Assembly: GCA_020847715.1 (NCBI GenBank)
Contig: JADLBM010000016.1
Coordinates: 6,919 to 70,918 of the forward strand
DNA: 64,000 nt
Direction of reading: 5' to 3'
Origin: Candidatus Yanofskybacteria bacterium
GTDB lineage: Bacteria; Patescibacteriota; Minisyncoccia; 2-02-FULL-40-12; GWA2-44-9
Shown here: in pieces, positions 29,962 through 39,058 of the stretch
Layout: each line of letters begins with the position of its first letter
How positions within the stretch are numbered: position 1 is the stretch's first letter
Position numbers and translations under genes: made by a program
The notes under the pieces: generated by a model
The model's input: only the letters and a program-made list of their open reading frames with translations
Database searches by the model: none
Told to the model about the DNA's origin: nothing

Positions 29962-32037
29962 TTACCGGACTCGCGCCCCTACGTTTTCCTGCAATGCCTG
30001 CTTGATGGCCGCCTCGGCGGTGTCCACCTCCTTGTCAGTCAGAGTGCGTTCATTTGAGCGGAAGATGAGATGAAATGCCACGCTCTTTCCGTACTCGGGT
30101 GTATCGCCATCGGCTTTCAGCTTCTCATCCCCTGTCGGAAGGAAGATGTCGAACACGTCCACGTCTTCGACGAGACCGGCGCGGTCCGCGTCGTGTACGG
30201 CCTGGACGATGTCGTCGATTTTCACGCCTTGCTCCACAAACAGTGCGATGTCGCGCACGACGCTTGGATACTTCGGAAGGGGCGCAAATTCACGCTCTTC
30301 TTGTGCAAAGCGCACCAGCGCGCGCAGGTCGAGCTCGGCGACTGCTGCGCCTCCTTTGAGCTTCAGCGCAGCAGCAACCCGCGGATGGACCGCACCCATG
30401 AATCCGATAACCGTATCATCGTCGGCCCGTATGAGTGCTTGCCGCCCAGCGAGTGTGGCATTCACGGCGCCAGCATCCCACGTGAATGGCGCCGCATCGT
30501 CGTAGTATGCGCCAGCAATGCCACAACGCTGAAGCAGAAGATCAACGGCACCTTTTAGCTCATAGAACAGCGCTGAATCATTCTCCCGAGTCGCGATGAC
30601 AATGCCGAGTCGTGCGTCTTCCTTCCCTTCTCCGATACGCACGAATGTGTGTCCCGTCTCAAACAATCGAACCTGCTCGGTGAACCGAAGGTTGTCGCGC
30701 GCATTGATAAGAAGACGAGGAACCAGCGACGGCCGGAGCCAGCGGTATTCACCTGATTGAGGCTGGGCGAGCTCGCGAAGGCCTTCGAGCTTCAGGAGGC
30801 TCTTGAGTTCGTCGGAAATGAATACGTAGTTATAGACCTCCGCATACCCGGCGCCCGCGAGCAGGCGCCCGATGGCGGAACGTTCGCGAATGAACCCGTA
30901 CTCATCCCACGCGACGGCAACATCCTCGCGCACCCATGAATGAGTATCAAAGATAGGCAGCACCGGAGCGGCCGCTGGGATGGCATCGTATCCATAAACA
31001 CGACCAATCTCTTCGATGAGGTCCTCCGCACCGACAACATCCGAGCGACGCGACGGAACGGTCACCTTCATCCGACCCTCATGGTCAGAAACATCGAAGC
31101 TCAGCGACTGGAGAATGCTTCGAATCTGGGCATCGCCGATGGAAACACCGAGGAGGCCTCGCGCATGCTGTGTATCGAGCATAATATCCCGATCCGTAAC
31201 AGGATGAGGGTATACATCGATGATACCGCTCTCGGGGGTGCCTCCAGCAACTTTTGCGAGCAACTCACCGGCCCGCACCAGCGCAGGAGCTGTTAGGTTC
31301 GGATCGACCCCATAGCTGAACCGAATGGAGGCGTCCGTTCGGAGACCGAGCTTTCGACTCGCCGCCCGCACCACCTCGGGATTGAATGTCGCCGCCTCAA
31401 GAATGACCTCGGTCGTTGCATCACTGATACCCGTTCCCGCTCCTCCTTTGATACCTGCAATTGCCAGCGCCTGCTTCGAGTCGGCAATGACGAGCATAGA
31501 TTCATCGAGCGTGTATTCGGTGCGGGCACCATCCAGCGCCTGAATCCTCTCCCCCGCCTCGGCGCGCCGCACGACGATACGGTCCACAAGTGCGCGGTCA
31601 AACGCGTGCATCGGTTGCCCGAGCTCAAGCATGACATAATTCGTCACATCCACGACATTGTTGATGCTCTGCACGCCGCACGCCTCGAGCCGCTCACGAA
31701 GCCACGCCGGCGACGGGCCAATAGTCAGCCCGCGCACGATGAGTGCGCTATACCGCGGGCATGCATCCGCATCGCGCACTTCTACTGAAACGCCCGGCCG
31801 CTCGCTCACTGTGTATTCATAGACCGGAGCCGCAAACCGCTGCCCACTCAGCGCGCACACCTCTCGCGCCACACCGAGATGCGATAACGCGTCAGGACGG
31901 TTCGGGAGGATATCGATATCAAGCACGGGACCGGCTTCCTTCACCTCGAACGCCTTCGCGGTCAATAACGCCGCCGCCTCGTCTGCGGAAAGCGACACTC
32001 CCGCGAACTCTTTGATCCACTCGTACGAGAATTTCAT
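29962..32037 (-). CDS. pheT: Phenylalanine--tRNA ligase beta subunit (short form, no OB insert)
   Basis: MKFSYEWIKE, ILPNRPDALS, INNVVDVTNY, DLIEEIGRVYGY, YPSVVRDIA, RTLTD. Confidence 0.96.
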   Translation of the reverse strand: MKFSYEWIKEFAGVSLSADEAAALLTAKAFEVKEAGPVLDIDILPNRPDALSHLGVAREVCALSGQRFAAPVYEYTVSERPGVSVEVRDADACPRYSALIVRGLTIGPSPAWLRERLEACGVQSINNVVDVTNYVMLELGQPMHAFDRALVDRIVVRRAEAGERIQALDGARTEYTLDESMLVIADSKQALAIAGIKGGAGTGISDATTEVILEAATFNPEVVRAASRKLGLRTDASIRFSYGVDPNLTAPALVRAGELLAKVAGGTPESGIIDVYPHPVTDRDIMLDTQHARGLLGVSIGDAQIRSILQSLSFDVSDHEGRMKVTVPSRRSDVVGAEDLIEEIGRVYGYDAIPAAAPVLPIFDTHSWVREDVAVAWDEYGFIRERSAIGRLLAGAGYAEVYNYVFISDELKSLLKLEGLRELAQPQSGEYRWLRPSLVPRLLINARDNLRFTEQVRLFETGHTFVRIGEGKEDARLGIVIATRENDSALFYELKGAVDLLLQRCGIAGAYYDDAAPFTWDAGAVNATLAGRQALIRADDDTVIGFMGAVHPRVAAALKLKGGAAVAELDLRALVRFAQEEREFAPLPKYPSVVRDIALFVEQGVKIDDIVQAVHDADRAGLVEDVDVFDIFLPTGDEKLKADGDTPEYGKSVAFHLIFRSNERTLTDKEVDTAEAAIKQALQENVGARVR

Positions 32038-32039
32038 GG

Positions 32040-33047
32040 TCAGAATTGGCGCAAGAACCGCAGATCGCCGCCGTTGAATAGTCGAATGTCGTCAATCTTA
32101 TACTTGAGCATCACAATACGCTCGAGCGCCATACCGAATGCGAAGCCCTGCATTTCTCCCCGCACATAGCCGACACGCTCGAATACATTCTGATGCACCA
32201 TGCCCGCACCAGCGACCTCGAGCCATTTCCCGGCAAGCTTTCCCGACGAACCCTTGATGTACACCTCGACACCCGGCTCAACGAACGGGAAATACGACGC
32301 ATTGAAGCGCACTTCAATGTTCGGATCACGGAAGAACCGCTGATAAAAATGCTCCATCACTCCCTTGAGATTTGCCATGGACGGCGCCCCCTCCCCCGCC
32401 CGCGCAACCATAAGTCCTTCGATCTGATGGAACTGGAATTCGTGGGTTGCATCGGTCGCTTCGTTCCGGTACACCCGCCCCGGCACAATGATCCGAAATG
32501 GCGGCTGGTGCGCCTGCATAAAACGGACCTGCATCGGACTTGTGTGAGTCCGCATCAGGTGCTCCATTCCCTGCAGCCAGAACGTATCTTGCATCCCTCG
32601 CGCCGGATGGTCCGGAGGAGTATTCAACGCATCGAAGTTGGCCCACTCGGTCTCCACCTCGGGACCTTCGAGAATGCGAAATCCCATGGATGCAAAAATT
32701 GCGTTTGCATCGTCCTGCGCCTGCGCTAATGGATGGATATGCCCGCGTCGTGAGCGAAGCGCGGGAGCGGTCACATCGAGCTTCTCGAGGGCTGCGTAGG
32801 CAACATCCTCGAGCTTCTCTTTGGCACCATCGAACTGTCGCTCCAGCTCTCCACGGAGGCGGTTCGCCAGCTCGCCGAGCTCACGACGCTCTCCCTCGGC
32901 TCGCTCCTTCAGAGAACGGAGGAACTGGGACAGCTCCGAGCTTCGCCCAAGCGCACGAACGCGCGCGGCCTCAAGCTCTGCGAGCGAGCGCAGATTTTCA
33001 AGATCCTTCAATGCAACCTCCCTAATGTGATCGAGTTGGCTCTTCAT
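32040..33047 (-). CDS. pheS: Phenylalanine--tRNA ligase alpha subunit
   Basis: GHIHP, NFDALN..DHPAR, RTHTSPMQ, FHQIEGL, YFPFVEP, FAFGMALER. Confidence 0.97.
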   Translation of the reverse strand: MKSQLDHIREVALKDLENLRSLAELEAARVRALGRSSELSQFLRSLKERAEGERRELGELANRLRGELERQFDGAKEKLEDVAYAALEKLDVTAPALRSRRGHIHPLAQAQDDANAIFASMGFRILEGPEVETEWANFDALNTPPDHPARGMQDTFWLQGMEHLMRTHTSPMQVRFMQAHQPPFRIIVPGRVYRNEATDATHEFQFHQIEGLMVARAGEGAPSMANLKGVMEHFYQRFFRDPNIEVRFNASYFPFVEPGVEVYIKGSSGKLAGKWLEVAGAGMVHQNVFERVGYVRGEMQGFAFGMALERIVMLKYKIDDIRLFNGGDLRFLRQF

Positions 33048-33399
33048 GAACGGGTCCGCGCCGCAGACGCCACCAGATAGCAACGGATATGCACAGTGTA
33101 GCCAAAAGTGCCCCTCCCAGCAATCGCGCATCGGTTATACCTCGCTGGCGCGCGATGAGCGCGGCAACCACTCCACAGACGCCCACAAAAGACGCCCATA
33201 CTGCTTGCGCGATGCTCTGGCGGGCCACGATAAGCACTGTCGCAAGGAGGCCCCAGCACATCAACGAGAAGGCGACCCAAAAAAGGACGAGGAGCGCCGG
33301 TGGGGCGCTGGCGGGATCAGCGGTGAATATCACGACAGCAACGGCGGCCGACGCCACGATGGTCGCCGCGCCCGTCATAACCCATGGTCGGATACGCAT
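33022..33399 (-). CDS. Small membrane protein (about 4 TM segments)
   Basis: Hydrophobic 125-aa ORF overlapping the pheS start; -10-like TATACT 5 nt upstream. Confidence 0.65.
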   Translation of the reverse strand: MRIRPWVMTGAATIVASAAVAVVIFTADPASAPPALLVLFWVAFSLMCWGLLATVLIVARQSIAQAVWASFVGVCGVVAALIARQRGITDARLLGGALLATLCISVAIWWRLRRGPVHEEPTRSH

Positions 33400-33412
33400 G
33401 CCTCAGTATACC

Positions 33413-33627
33413 AAAGAACGGCCCACATGGGCCGCTCTTTTTATTGCGCGGTGGACCGGTTCGGCTTCGCCTCTCCGCCTGACCGCCGTCAGGCTTCGGG
33501 CTAGCCACCTCCTCGCGGCGCCGTCTGCTGCCGGCGCATCGCTCCGGCGTTCGAATCCGGTCCTCCTATTCTTCAGATAAAAAGAACGGCCCACATGGGC
33601 CGCTCTTTTTATTGCGCGGTGGACCGG
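33413..33627. repeat. 47-bp direct repeat (tRNA-Asp 3' end plus terminator) at 33413..33459 and 33581..33627, bracketing a structured spacer
   Basis: AAAGAACGGCCCACATGGGCCGCTCTTTTTATTGCGCGGTGGACCGG occurs twice with a 168-bp period. Confidence 0.9.
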
Positions 33628-33688
33628 ATTCGAACCGGCGACCTCTTCCGTGACAGGGAAGCGCTCTAACCAGCTGAGCTACCACCGC
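33615..33688 (-). tRNA. tRNA-Asp(GTC)
   Basis: Acceptor GCGGTGG/CCACCGC with G73, anticodon arm CTTCC-CTGTCAC-GGAAG, GGTTCGAATCC T loop. Confidence 0.96.
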
Positions 33689-33736
33689 ATACCCGAAAAG
33701 CGTTGCTATAGTACTGTATTTTCCGGTTTCGCGCAA

Positions 33737-34216
33737 CTACTTCCCGTCCAACACGGAGTGCCACCAAATGCGCACAATGTTTCGGGTACCGTCGTAGGTC
33801 GCAGAGTGCTCTTCCGGCATCAGTGTCGTATTGGAGCCGTTGCTGACCGCCCGCTCGTTGCCAAGATAGAACCCAATGTGCCCGTGGTCCTCGCCCATAC
33901 CGGGAACAAAGCTCCCCTTTTTCGGCTCCCATGTGATAACCGCTCCCTCCCGAAGGTCTGGTATCTGGTGCCACCCGCTTGCGGCAAGATCGCGCTCCAG
34001 CCCCGGCACTCCGGCGTGCATATCACCAATAAGCTTATTAATGTAAAGTACCGCCGACGCGAAGAATGCACAGGAAAGCGCACCATTGTTGAGGATGTCG
34101 GACTCGACGCCGTCTACCGAGGCGATAAGACTGCGAAACATGTGGTTCTCCCCCTTTGCCGCGTTCCGGACCATGGCAAGATAGCTCTTCGCTCGGTCAA
34201 TGATGACAATTGGCAT
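33737..34216 (-). CDS. NlpC/P60/CHAP-like papain-fold protein (putative)
   Basis: LSCAFFAS (catalytic Cys-like) and G.VITW...HGHIGFY..N (His-like). Confidence 0.6.
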   Translation of the reverse strand: MPIVIIDRAKSYLAMVRNAAKGENHMFRSLIASVDGVESDILNNGALSCAFFASAVLYINKLIGDMHAGVPGLERDLAASGWHQIPDLREGAVITWEPKKGSFVPGMGEDHGHIGFYLGNERAVSNGSNTTLMPEEHSATYDGTRNIVRIWWHSVLDGK

Positions 34217-34300
34217 AGGAGTATCCTAGCATGAAATAGGAAATCCTTCGCAAAAATAAAAGCCACCCCGACCGAGCTGAGCTCGGGGTGGCTGAACGGA

Positions 34301-35299
34301 CTACCTGACCTTGGTCGCGCAGACGAGACGGGTCTGCGTCGTCCCGAAGGCCGCAGGCTTGGAAGCCTCGGCCTTCGTGCTGTCGTCGACGGGCACGGTG
34401 CCCGCCGGACGCGCGGTCAGGTAACGGAGCAGGTCGTACTCCTCCGGACTGAACTCCAGAGGAGCTCCACCGCGGGCGGAGCCGCCCATGATACCCTCGG
34501 GATCCTCGTCCCGCAGGTGTCCCACACCGATGGCGTGGGTGAACTCATGGATGACCGCCCTCTTGAGGTGATCTCCAAAGAAGACGTCCCCCAAGTACTG
34601 AAAGACGACGGTGGCGCTCACCTGCAGATGACCACGATACTCGACGAAGGTCAGGGCGCCGGCGTTTTCGTAGCCAGGCTTCCTGAACCACTCGTTCGAG
34701 GGGTCGAACTTCAGGATGAGCTTGAACTCCGCCGGCTCGGCGTCGTTCGCCGCGATGCTCCATGTGGGCAGCATCGAGGTTCCGGGGCGCGGAACCGTCG
34801 CGAGCGTGTCGCGGGTCGCGTTGAGCTTCCCCACCGCCCACTCGAGGTCGCGCCACGCATCGCGGTCGTTCCGGAATGTGGCATCCGGAAAGACGGTGAC
34901 ATGACTCGTGACGGTACGGTAGAGCGCTCCGTTGCCGTACAGCGTATACAACAACGACGCGTACGGCATCTGCGCATCGTCAGGATGGAGGTACTCCACT
35001 CCCCCAAGCGCGCACCTCGCGACTCGGGAATGCAGGTACCCCTCCGCGTCGATGACGCAGACGGCGTCCGACGAGATGGCCGTCAGCGTGACGGTGCCGT
35101 CGGTCGTCGTGATGAACGGCTGTCCGTTCACCATCACGGTCGCTCCGGGGATGGGCTGGCCGGTCCGGTTCGACCGGACGGTCAGGACACCCGAAACGAG
35201 CGCGGGAGCGGAACTGGCCGCCATGGGCGACTGCCCGTGGCATGTCGTAGACAGGAACGAGAGCGCCGCGCAGAAGGCGGCACGCAGAAGGGTGCGCAT
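34301..35299 (-). CDS. Secreted metzincin-type zinc metalloprotease with an N-terminal beta domain
   Basis: Signal-like N-terminus, PIPGATVMVNG, HEFTHAIGVGH zinc motif and Met-turn GIMG; AGGAGG SD. Confidence 0.8.
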   Translation of the reverse strand: MRTLLRAAFCAALSFLSTTCHGQSPMAASSAPALVSGVLTVRSNRTGQPIPGATVMVNGQPFITTTDGTVTLTAISSDAVCVIDAEGYLHSRVARCALGGVEYLHPDDAQMPYASLLYTLYGNGALYRTVTSHVTVFPDATFRNDRDAWRDLEWAVGKLNATRDTLATVPRPGTSMLPTWSIAANDAEPAEFKLILKFDPSNEWFRKPGYENAGALTFVEYRGHLQVSATVVFQYLGDVFFGDHLKRAVIHEFTHAIGVGHLRDEDPEGIMGGSARGGAPLEFSPEEYDLLRYLTARPAGTVPVDDSTKAEASKPAAFGTTQTRLVCATKVR

Positions 35300-35367
35300 A
35301 ATCACCTCCTGACACGGCATCGCCGCGTCTGAAATGGATTGGTTGGAAAAGACCGGCTGACAGCACT

Positions 35368-35397
35368 ATTATAGCATAATATATAGTAGATTGTCAA
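35368..35397 (-). promoter_or_regulatory. Consensus sigma70 promoter for the metalloprotease gene
   Basis: Minus strand TTGACA-18 nt-TATAAT with TG extension. Confidence 0.7.
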
Positions 35398-35471
35398 TAT
35401 ACCCGCGAAAACCGCGGGTTTTGCGCTTTTCCCGCTGCATGCTACCGTACTGCCAGCTCTGGAGGTGTTCC

Positions 35472-35729
35472 ATGGACATTCCCGCCGCTCTCCGTGCAGA
35501 GTGGGCCCCGAAGCTGGAGAAACTGCTTGAGAACGCCATGCGGAAGTTCGGCATGAGCCGCGACGCCGCGTGCGACGAAATGGAGTTCGCGTTCCTCATC
35601 TCCTCAGAAGAAGCAAAGGAGCGGTGCACGCAGGAAGGGGCGCCGGAAGAGGAAGTGCGCTCCCATGAGTCAACCGCGCAGGTACTCCTCCAACTCGTCG
35701 CCGAGCTCCGCGACAGAGAGGACACCTAA
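35472..35729 (+). CDS. Hypothetical protein (85 aa, orphan)
   Basis: GGAGGTG SD; terminator CACCCGCC-AAGT-GGTGGGTG-TTTTT. Confidence 0.65.
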   Translation: MDIPAALRAEWAPKLEKLLENAMRKFGMSRDAACDEMEFAFLISSEEAKERCTQEGAPEEEVRSHESTAQVLLQLVAELRDREDT

Positions 35730-35763
35730 ACACCCGCCAAGTGGTGGGTGTTTTTCTCGTTCA

Positions 35764-37098
35764 CTATCGGGTCATGATCTCGCCAAGGATACGCGGAAGA
35801 TCGGCAACAGCGACGCGCTGCTGCTCTTTGGTGTCGCGGTCGCGAACGGTGACCGTATCATCTTCGAGTGTCTGGAAGTCCACGGTGATGCATGCCGGAG
35901 TCCCGATTTCATCCTGTGCGAGGTAGCGCTTCCCGATGTTGCCGCGGTCATCCCACGCAATCGGCAGCAAACGCGGATCCCCGTCCATCAGCTGGGAGCG
36001 AACCGCCTTTGCTTTCGCAACGAGTTCCGGCTTGTTCTTCAACAACGGGAACACCGCCGCCTTGAACGGCGCGAGCGTCGGCTTGAGCTTCAGCACGACG
36101 CGCTTCTCGTCTCCCTCCCCCTCTTCGGTGTAGGCCGACAACAGCACGGCCAAGAGCGTGCGGTCGACGCCCCATGTCGGCTCGATGCAGTGCGGAATGA
36201 AGCGCTCGTTCGTCTCAGAATCAAGATAGGTAAGATCCTGTCCGCTCTGCTCCATATGATTCTTCAAATCGAAATCCGTGCGATAGGCTAACCCATAGAG
36301 CTCTTTGACTCCGAATGGGAAATTGAACATGAAATCGATAGTGCGCTTCGAATAGTGCGCGCGCTCGTCTTCGGGCACCTCGAACTCGCTCACGCGAGCG
36401 GTGTCGATGCCGACATCGCGCATCCATGCATGCATCTCTGCGCGCCACTGCTCGAACACGCCCTGCCACTCCTCATCATTCGCGGGCGGCTTGATGAAGT
36501 ACTCGATTTCCATCTGCTCGAACTCACGCGTGCGGAAAATGAAGTTGCCTGGGGTAATCTCGTTGCGGAACGCCTTTCCGATCTGCGCGATGCCGAACGG
36601 CATCTTCACGCGATTGGAATCCAGTACATTCTTCACATTCACGAACATCCCTTGCGCAGTCTCCGGACGGAAGTATGCGACATTCGCCGCCTCTTCCGCA
36701 GGGCCGATGAATGTCTTGAACATCAAATTGAACTGCCGCGCCTCGCTAAACTCTTTGCCGCCACAGCTGGGGCATACTCCCTCGAGCTGATCTGCCCGAT
36801 AGCGGGAATGGCATTTCTTACACTCCACGAGCGGGTCGGAAAATGTCGCCAGGTGCCCGCTCGCCTGCCACACCTTCGGGTTCATAATGAGCGCCGTCTC
36901 GATGCCAACGACATCGTCGCGCTTCTGCACAAAGCGCCGCCACCATGCCTCTTTGATGTTGCGCCGAAGCTCGGCACCAAGCGGGCCGTAGTCCCACGAG
37001 TTTGCCAGCCCTCCATAAATCTCGCTTCCCGGGTATACAAACCCACGCCGCTTGGCGAGGGAAATAATAGAGTCCATACGGTCCTGTTCGTGCGCCAT
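35764..37098 (-). CDS. glyQS: Glycine--tRNA ligase (alpha2, eukaryote-type)
   Basis: SLAKRRGF..SEIYGG, RPETAQG, GKAFRNEITP, RTREFEQME, HCIEPTWG, QDEIGTP. Confidence 0.96.
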   Translation of the reverse strand: MAHEQDRMDSIISLAKRRGFVYPGSEIYGGLANSWDYGPLGAELRRNIKEAWWRRFVQKRDDVVGIETALIMNPKVWQASGHLATFSDPLVECKKCHSRYRADQLEGVCPSCGGKEFSEARQFNLMFKTFIGPAEEAANVAYFRPETAQGMFVNVKNVLDSNRVKMPFGIAQIGKAFRNEITPGNFIFRTREFEQMEIEYFIKPPANDEEWQGVFEQWRAEMHAWMRDVGIDTARVSEFEVPEDERAHYSKRTIDFMFNFPFGVKELYGLAYRTDFDLKNHMEQSGQDLTYLDSETNERFIPHCIEPTWGVDRTLLAVLLSAYTEEGEGDEKRVVLKLKPTLAPFKAAVFPLLKNKPELVAKAKAVRSQLMDGDPRLLPIAWDDRGNIGKRYLAQDEIGTPACITVDFQTLEDDTVTVRDRDTKEQQRVAVADLPRILGEIMTR

Positions 37099-37213
37099 AG
37101 ATATCGTCCATGGTAGCCGAAACGAGCGCCAATTTCCAGCACTCTCGGTGAGTTGCCTTGCTACATATATTGTGGTATAGTATTTCCCGCTCATTACCAA
37201 TGGAGAATACACT

Positions 37214-39025
37214 ATGGGTTCACGCCTCCGTGCCTGCCGGGACACCTTGTCCGGGGCGTGCAACGGCGCCCGACAGTTCATTGCAACGGCCATCCCCATC
37301 TTCCGGCCACTCTGGCCGGCACTCCGGATCGTCGGGCTCCTTCTCGCCGCAAGCGTCCTCGTTGAAAGCCTCTACCCGCTCGTCTACTGGAAACTGACAG
37401 ATGCGCTCGTTGACCAGCACGCGCGCATGGCAATCCTCATGCTCTGCGTCCTGCTTACACAGAGCGGACTCCGTCTCTTCATCGACTACGCGCGCGAGCG
37501 CTATGAAATCGAGCACATCGACTGGGAGCTAAACCTCCGCATCATGAATGCCTCGCTCGAGCGCATCGCGGGGTTCTCGATGGCCCAGTGCAGTGGATCG
37601 CATACCGGAAAGACCCGCGACATCGTTCGCAACGGCCGGGGGTCGATGCGAGAGCTCGTCTTCATGGCCATCTACCGTGTTGGCCCAGTGCTCCTCCGCC
37701 TCCTCATGGCGCTCGGAGCGCTCCTTCTGGTCAGCCCTCCCATCGGAGCCACGGCAGTCGCTGGCGCGCTCGTCTACTTTGGATTCTCAATCTGGCTGTT
37801 CATGCGAAGCCGCGAACCGCTCAAAGCGCTTGAGGACCGCGGGAATGAGAACGGGAAACTGTTCTCCGATATCCTCACCAACATGGGCGTCGTGATGGCC
37901 TACGCTCGGCAGCAGCGCACCGTCCAAGATTTCAACGGAGATGGGCAAGAACTGAAACGACAGGGGCAAGTGTTCTGGCGCGACGCGCTCGGGTGGTACT
38001 ACGCCCGTAACGGTATCGCGATCATCACCCGGACCGCCATCATGGCGGTCACCGCCTACCTGCTCTTTACGGAGCAGTTCTCGTACGGCGCATTCGTTTC
38101 AATCACCCAGTGGGGCATGCAAATCATCGGGGCAACCCAGGACCTCGGACAGATGCAGAAAGAGGTTTCTCGTCACTGGGCGCACATGGAGCTCTACCTC
38201 CAGTTCATCAACCAGGAGCCAGAAATCGTTGTCACGGAGGGCGCGGTACCCGTCGAGAAGGTCGAGGGACGCATCACATTCCACGACGTCACCTTCACCT
38301 ACCGACCGCGTGCCACCGATGACCCCGACCACCCCATGAAGCCCGTCATCGCGCTCGACAGGATTTCGTTCGAGATTATGCCTGGCCAAAAGGTAGCCAT
38401 CATCGGAAAATCTGGGGCCGGTAAGTCTACCGTCGCACAGGCAATCATGCGCTCGCACGACCCCGCACACGGGCACATCGCAGTCGACGGCGTCGACCTG
38501 CGCGCCATGGACCTCAATGGGCTTCGCCGCCGCATCGGGTATGTTCCCCAGCATCCGGGACTCTTCGACCGAACACTCCGGTACAACCTCGTGTTCGGCA
38601 TAGAAGACACTTCGACGCTCGATGACGAGTGCCTCAGAGAGGCGCTCCGCCTCGTGAAGCTCGAACACCTTGCCGCTACCGGTGGCCTCGACAGCAAGCT
38701 CGGCGAAGGAGGGCATACACTGTCTGGCGGAGAGCGGCAGCGCCTCTGTATTGCACGAGCGCTCATCAAGAAGCCGGACCTGCTCGTGTTTGACGAAGCA
38801 ACAAGTTCGCTCGACCCAGTCAACGAGCGAGAGGTACAGGACAGAATCGACGCAATCGAGGGGCGGACCTGCGTCATCATCGCCCACCGATACAGCACAA
38901 TCAAAGACGTCGACCGCATCTTGGTGTTCGATGCCGGACGCCTCATCGGTGACGGCACTCACGCGTCACTGATTCGGGACTGCGCATACTACCAGGAACT
39001 GCTCCGCCAGCAGGGGCTGGTGTAG
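37214..39025 (+). CDS. ABC exporter, fused permease/ATPase (MsbA/MdlB-like)
   Basis: TM domain plus GKSGAGKST, LSGGERQR, FDEATSSLD, IAHR. Confidence 0.93.
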   Translation: MGSRLRACRDTLSGACNGARQFIATAIPIFRPLWPALRIVGLLLAASVLVESLYPLVYWKLTDALVDQHARMAILMLCVLLTQSGLRLFIDYARERYEIEHIDWELNLRIMNASLERIAGFSMAQCSGSHTGKTRDIVRNGRGSMRELVFMAIYRVGPVLLRLLMALGALLLVSPPIGATAVAGALVYFGFSIWLFMRSREPLKALEDRGNENGKLFSDILTNMGVVMAYARQQRTVQDFNGDGQELKRQGQVFWRDALGWYYARNGIAIITRTAIMAVTAYLLFTEQFSYGAFVSITQWGMQIIGATQDLGQMQKEVSRHWAHMELYLQFINQEPEIVVTEGAVPVEKVEGRITFHDVTFTYRPRATDDPDHPMKPVIALDRISFEIMPGQKVAIIGKSGAGKSTVAQAIMRSHDPAHGHIAVDGVDLRAMDLNGLRRRIGYVPQHPGLFDRTLRYNLVFGIEDTSTLDDECLREALRLVKLEHLAATGGLDSKLGEGGHTLSGGERQRLCIARALIKKPDLLVFDEATSSLDPVNEREVQDRIDAIEGRTCVIIAHRYSTIKDVDRILVFDAGRLIGDGTHASLIRDCAYYQELLRQQGLV

Positions 39026-39028
39026 CAT

Positions 39029-39057
39029 GAGGGGAGCCATCCGGCTCCCCTCTTTTT
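39029..39057. terminator. Intrinsic terminator
   Basis: GAGGGGAGCC-ATCC-GGCTCCCCTC-TTTTT. Confidence 0.7.
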
Positions 39058-39058
39058 C

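Noticed and set aside
33413-33627. Possible CRISPR array or second tRNA gene
   Set aside because: Only two repeat units, the repeat is a tRNA end plus terminator, there are no cas genes, and the spacer lacks D and anticodon arms.
35291-35318. GGTGCGCATAA, identical to the XerC arm of E. coli dif
   Set aside because: No XerD arm (TTATGTTAAAT-like) follows, and the sequence is simply the reverse complement of the metalloprotease start codon region.
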